64,000 nucleotides of DNA, taken from assembly GCF_020745735.1 (NCBI RefSeq), contig NC_083402.1, forward strand, positions 7,254,001 to 7,318,000. The letters are read 5' to 3'. This DNA comes from Hemiscyllium ocellatum. Taxonomy: Eukaryota. The translations under genes and the position numbers were made by a program. Below, in pieces: positions 63,333 to 64,000 of the stretch. Numbering within the stretch: position 1 is the stretch's first letter; each line of letters opens with the position of its first letter. The notes beneath the pieces are model-generated. The model saw only the letters and a program-made list of their open reading frames with translations, was not told the origin of the DNA and searched no databases.

Positions 63333-64000
63333 GCTCAGAAGAGCCAAGAGGAGACATGAGAAGTTGTTGGCGATAGGATCGGGGTAGACCCTAAGGCTTT
63401 CTATAGGTATTTAAGGAATAAAAGAATGACGAGAGTAAGATTAGGGCCAATCAAGGATAATGGTGGGAAGTTGTGTGTGGAGTCAGAGGAGATAGGGGAA
63501 GCACTAAATGAACATTTTTCAACAGTATTCACTCTAGAAATTGACAACGTTGTTGAGGAGATTACTGAGATACAGGCTACTAGACTAGGTGTGATTGAGG
63601 TTCACAAGGAGGAGGTATTAGAAATCCTGCAGAGTGTGAAAATAGGTAAGTCCCCTGGACCGGATGGGATTTACCCTAGTATCCTCTGGGAAGCCAGGGA
63701 GGAGATTGCTAAGCTTTGGCATTGATCTTTAAATCGGCATTGTCTACAGGAATAGTGCCAGAAGACTGGAGGATAGCAAATGTGGTTCCACTGTTCAAGA
63801 AGGGGAGTAGAGATAATCCTGGTAACTATAGACCAGTGAGCCTCACTTCAGTTGTTGGTAAAGTATTGGAAAAGGTTAAAAGAGGTAGGATTTATAATCA
63901 TTTAGAAAAGAATAATTTGATTAGGGATAGTCAGCACGGTTTTGTGAAGGGTAGGTCATGCCTCACAAACCTTATTGAGTTCTTTGATAAAGTGAGAATA
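63333..64000 (+). mobile_element. CR1 ORF2 fragment running off the window
   Basis: KSPGPDGIYP.ILWEAREEIA, then PLFKKGSRDNPGNYRPVSLTS. Confidence 0.9.

Overview
Vertebrate genomic DNA, most likely a cartilaginous fish, inferred from HE1-type tRNA-derived SINEs and dense CR1/L2/Penelope debris. The main gene is a minus-strand type I membrane receptor. Its exons are a signal peptide (36605-36665), four symmetric phase-1 Ig V-set exons (30244-30627, 24364-24717, 19209-19592, 13448-13795) and a transmembrane exon (9232-9345). All four V domains resemble Siglec-15 and arose by tandem duplication of a two-domain module. I found no C2 domain and no transmembrane lysine, and only domain 3 keeps the Siglec essential arginine. 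The cytoplasmic exon(s) could not be fixed. Directly upstream and in the same orientation lies a decayed class I (gamma/epsilon-like) endogenous retrovirus (37391-46023). It has two LTRs, a tRNA-Gln PBS, gag and env remnants, and a non-pol middle containing a broken membrane-protein-like frame. Four short hairpin insertions with 12-13 bp target-site duplications carry Penelope-type minimal hammerhead ribozyme cores. The right end holds an orphan CpG-rich promoter-like segment and a C2H2 zinc-finger pseudogene fragment. Gene exon and TSD coordinates were counted by hand. LINE boundaries are approximate.
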